DNA of 32,000 nt from Bacillus subtilis subsp. subtilis str. 168 (GTDB lineage Bacteria > Bacillota > Bacilli > Bacillales > Bacillaceae). Both the position numbers and the translations under genes were made by a program. Each line of letters starts with the position of its first letter. Position 1 is the first letter of the stretch. Below are positions 29,864-32,000 of this stretch, piece by piece. The notes under the pieces are model-generated. The model did not search any database, was not told where the DNA came from, and worked only from the letters and a program-made list of their open reading frames with translations. The DNA lies in the NCBI RefSeq assembly GCF_000009045.1, contig NC_000964.3:2850001-2882000 (forward strand), given 5' to 3'.

Positions 29864-29891
29864 AAACCGGTAGAGGATCCTCTACCGGTTT
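29864..29891. terminator. Bidirectional terminator between convergent ysxD and engB
   Basis: Perfect 28-nt palindrome AAACCGGTAGAGGA/TCCTCTACCGGTTT. It is followed on the + strand by ATCATTTTTTT and on the - strand by TATTTATCG. The last three engB codons and its stop (AAC CGG TAG) lie in the stem. Confidence 0.9.
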
Positions 29892-30469
29892 ATCATTTTT
29901 TTGATCGCTCCCCAAGCTTCGTCTTTTCCCTTTTTCGTTTCTGAAGAAAAGAGGATCAGCTCGTCTTCCGGATCAATATTTAATGTTTGTCGGACAACCT
30001 TCGCGTGTTTGTCCCATTTACCTTTCGGGATCTTATCCGCCTTTGTAGCGATAACAATAACAGGAATGCCGTAATACTTTAAAAATTCATACATCTGTAC
30101 ATCATCATTAGATGGCGCATGCCGCAAATCAACGATCTGCACCACAGCTTTTAATTCCTCGCGTGTCGTGATATAGGTTTCAATCATTCTGCCCCATGCT
30201 TCACGCTCAGACTTTGACACTTTGGCAAAACCGTAGCCCGGCACATCCACAAAATGCAGCTCATCATTGATAATGTAGAAATTAAGCGTTTGTGTTTTTC
30301 CCGGCTTTGATGACGTTCTCGCAAGATTTTTGCGATTGATTAATGAATTGATAAAAGACGATTTTCCTACGTTCGATCTTCCGGCCAATGCGATTTCCGG
30401 AAGCCCCCCTTCAGGGTACTGTTCCGGTTTTACTGCACTGATCACGATTTCTGACTTTGTGACTTTCAT
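29882..30469 (-). CDS. engB: Ribosome-biogenesis GTPase EngB (YsxC/YihA)
   Basis: 195 aa. G1 [10 protein letters not shown]3 DVPGYG, G4 TKADK. The ATG overlaps the lonA stop (ATGA). Confidence 0.96.
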
Positions 30470-32000
30470 TTCTTCTCTCCTACTAAGGCATGTTCCAAAA
30501 CCTCGTCTAAGTGGGACGCCAATATAAATGTCAGCCCCTCCCTGACGCTTTCCGGAATATCCTCTATATCTTTTTCATTATCTTTAGGCGCAATAATGGT
30601 CGTTAATCCCGCTCTATGTGCGCCAAGCGCTTTTTCCTTTAAGCCGCCGATCGGCAGCACGCGCCCGCGAAGCGTGATTTCCCCAGTCATGCCGACTTCA
30701 CGCGAAACCGCCCGTCCCGTTAAAGCAGAAACAAGCGCTGTTGCCATCGTAATACCGGCTGACGGACCATCTTTTGGCACCGCACCCTCTGGTACATGTA
30801 TATGAATATCATACTTCTCATGAAAGTCAGGTTCAATGCCAAGTTCTTCTGTTTTGGATCGCACATAGCTGAATGCAGCCTGAGCAGACTCTCTCATAAC
30901 ATCTCCGAGCTTTCCTGTCAGGATTAATTTCCCTTTTCCCGGTGAAAGCGATACTTCAATCGAAAGCGTATCTCCGCCAACGGTTGTATACGCAAGCCCT
31001 GTCACTACACCAACTTGATCCTCTGTTTCAGCTTGTCCATATCTGAAAATGCGTTTTCCGATAAAATCTTGAAGGTTCTTCTCAGTAACCGTAATTCGTT
31101 TTCGCTCTTCAGCAACAATGGCTTTTGCAGCTTTACGGCAAATTGCGGCAAGCTGGCGTTCAAGGCTTCTTACACCCGCTTCTCTCGTATAGTAACGAAT
31201 AATATCAAGAATCGCCTGATCACGCAGCTGAAGATTGCTTTTCTTCAGCCCGTGTTCTTTGATTTGCTTTGGAAGCAAGTGATCCTTTACAATTTCAAGT
31301 TTTTCTATTTCTGTGTAGCCTGCGATATTAATAATTTCCATTCTGTCTCTGAGCGGGCCCGGGATTGTGGCCAAATTGTTCGCCGTTGCGATAAACAGCA
31401 CTTTGGATAAATCAAAGGTTTCTTCAATATAGTGATCACTGAAGCTGCTGTTTTGCTCTGGATCAAGCACTTCAAGCATAGCGGATGATGGGTCTCCTCT
31501 AAAATCAGATGACATTTTGTCAATTTCGTCTAATAAGAAGACCGGATTCAGCTTGCCCGCTTTTTTCATCCCTTGAATAATACGTCCAGGCATTGCTCCG
31601 ACATAGGTCCGTCTGTGTCCGCGTATCTCTGATTCATCCCGAACTCCTCCGAGTGAGATTCTGACGAATTTGCGTCCCAAGCTTTTTGCAATTGATTTGG
31701 CTAAAGACGTTTTTCCGACACCTGGAGGTCCTGCCAAACAGAGAATCGGGCCTTTCAGGGATTTTGTCAGCTTCTGGACAGCCAAATATTCTAAAATACG
31801 TTCTTTTACTTTTTCAAGCCCGTGGTGCTCTTCGTCCAAGAGACGTCCTGCTTCTTTCAAATCAAGCTTATCATCTGTTTCATCCGTCCACGGAAGAGCA
31901 ACCAGCCAGTCGATATAGTTGCGGATCACAGAGCTTTCCGCAGAACTTGACGGAATTTTTTCATATCTGTTCAATTCTTTAAGCGCTGTTTCTTTCACAT
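30466..32000 (-). CDS. lonA: ATP-dependent Lon protease; N-terminal part lies outside the window
   Basis: The reading frame is open to the window edge. AAA+ Walker [10 protein letters not shown] and Walker B FLLDEIDK. Protease domain with catalytic Ser in [10 protein letters not shown] and Lys in GGLKEK. Confidence 0.96.
   Translation of the reverse strand, partial: VKETALKELNRYEKIPSSSAESSVIRNYIDWLVALPWTDETDDKLDLKEAGRLLDEEHHGLEKVKERILEYLAVQKLTKSLKGPILCLAGPPGVGKTSLAKSIAKSLGRKFVRISLGGVRDESEIRGHRRTYVGAMPGRIIQGMKKAGKLNPVFLLDEIDKMSSDFRGDPSSAMLEVLDPEQNSSFSDHYIEETFDLSKVLFIATANNLATIPGPLRDRMEIINIAGYTEIEKLEIVKDHLLPKQIKEHGLKKSNLQLRDQAILDIIRYYTREAGVRSLERQLAAICRKAAKAIVAEERKRITVTEKNLQDFIGKRIFRYGQAETEDQVGVVTGLAYTTVGGDTLSIEVSLSPGKGKLILTGKLGDVMRESAQAAFSYVRSKTEELGIEPDFHEKYDIHIHVPEGAVPKDGPSAGITMATALVSALTGRAVSREVGMTGEITLRGRVLPIGGLKEKALGAHRAGLTTIIAPKDNEKDIEDIPESVREGLTFILASHLDEVLEHALVGEKK

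Noticed and set aside
29864-29891. Perfect 28-nt palindrome containing a GGATCC (BamHI) site, which might look like an engineered cloning scar.
   Set aside because: It is positioned exactly as a bidirectional terminator between convergent genes, with U-tracts on both strands, and it encodes the natural engB C-terminus. Nothing else suggests engineering.

Overview
This window reads as a core-chromosome segment of Bacillus subtilis (168-like). I recognise it from the gene order and from protein lengths and sequences. The order is nifS' and nadR on the + strand, then a long minus-strand run: pheA-pheB-obg-spo0B, rpmA-ysxB-rplU, spoIVFB-spoIVFA, minD-minC-mreD-mreC-mreB-radC-maf, spoIIB, comC and folC-valS. 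Next comes a small + strand ORF (yszA), then ysxE-spoVID and hemL-hemB-hemD-hemC-hemX-hemA on the minus strand, ysxD on the + strand, and engB(ysxC)-lonA' on the minus strand. I call 34 CDS, two of them cut by the window edges. About twenty ORF-track 5' ends are moved to the start codon that has a correctly spaced Shine-Dalgarno (SD). I see no rRNA, tRNA, CRISPR array, IS element, integrase or prophage signature. Coding density is high, and nearly every inter-operon gap is explained by a readable element. These include a Val-specific T-box leader for valS, a consensus sigmaA promoter plus structured leader for rplU, and two PerR-type boxes in a 30-bp-spaced direct repeat upstream of hemA. They also include sigmaE-type promoters for spoVID and spoIVF and about a dozen intrinsic terminators. 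Hunt result: I found nothing that supports a previously undescribed system, and this looks like an ordinary, well-studied housekeeping, morphogenesis and sporulation region. The items most worth a second look are the duplicated PerR operator/promoter unit, the small membrane ORF yszA whose terminator loop contains the ysxE stop codon, and the 11-bp-stem hairpin between obg and pheB. Others are the 320-nt spo0B upstream spacer and several poorly characterised proteins (PheB, RadC, YsxD, YsxE). All coordinates and motif matches were read by eye, and no database search or folding computation was run.
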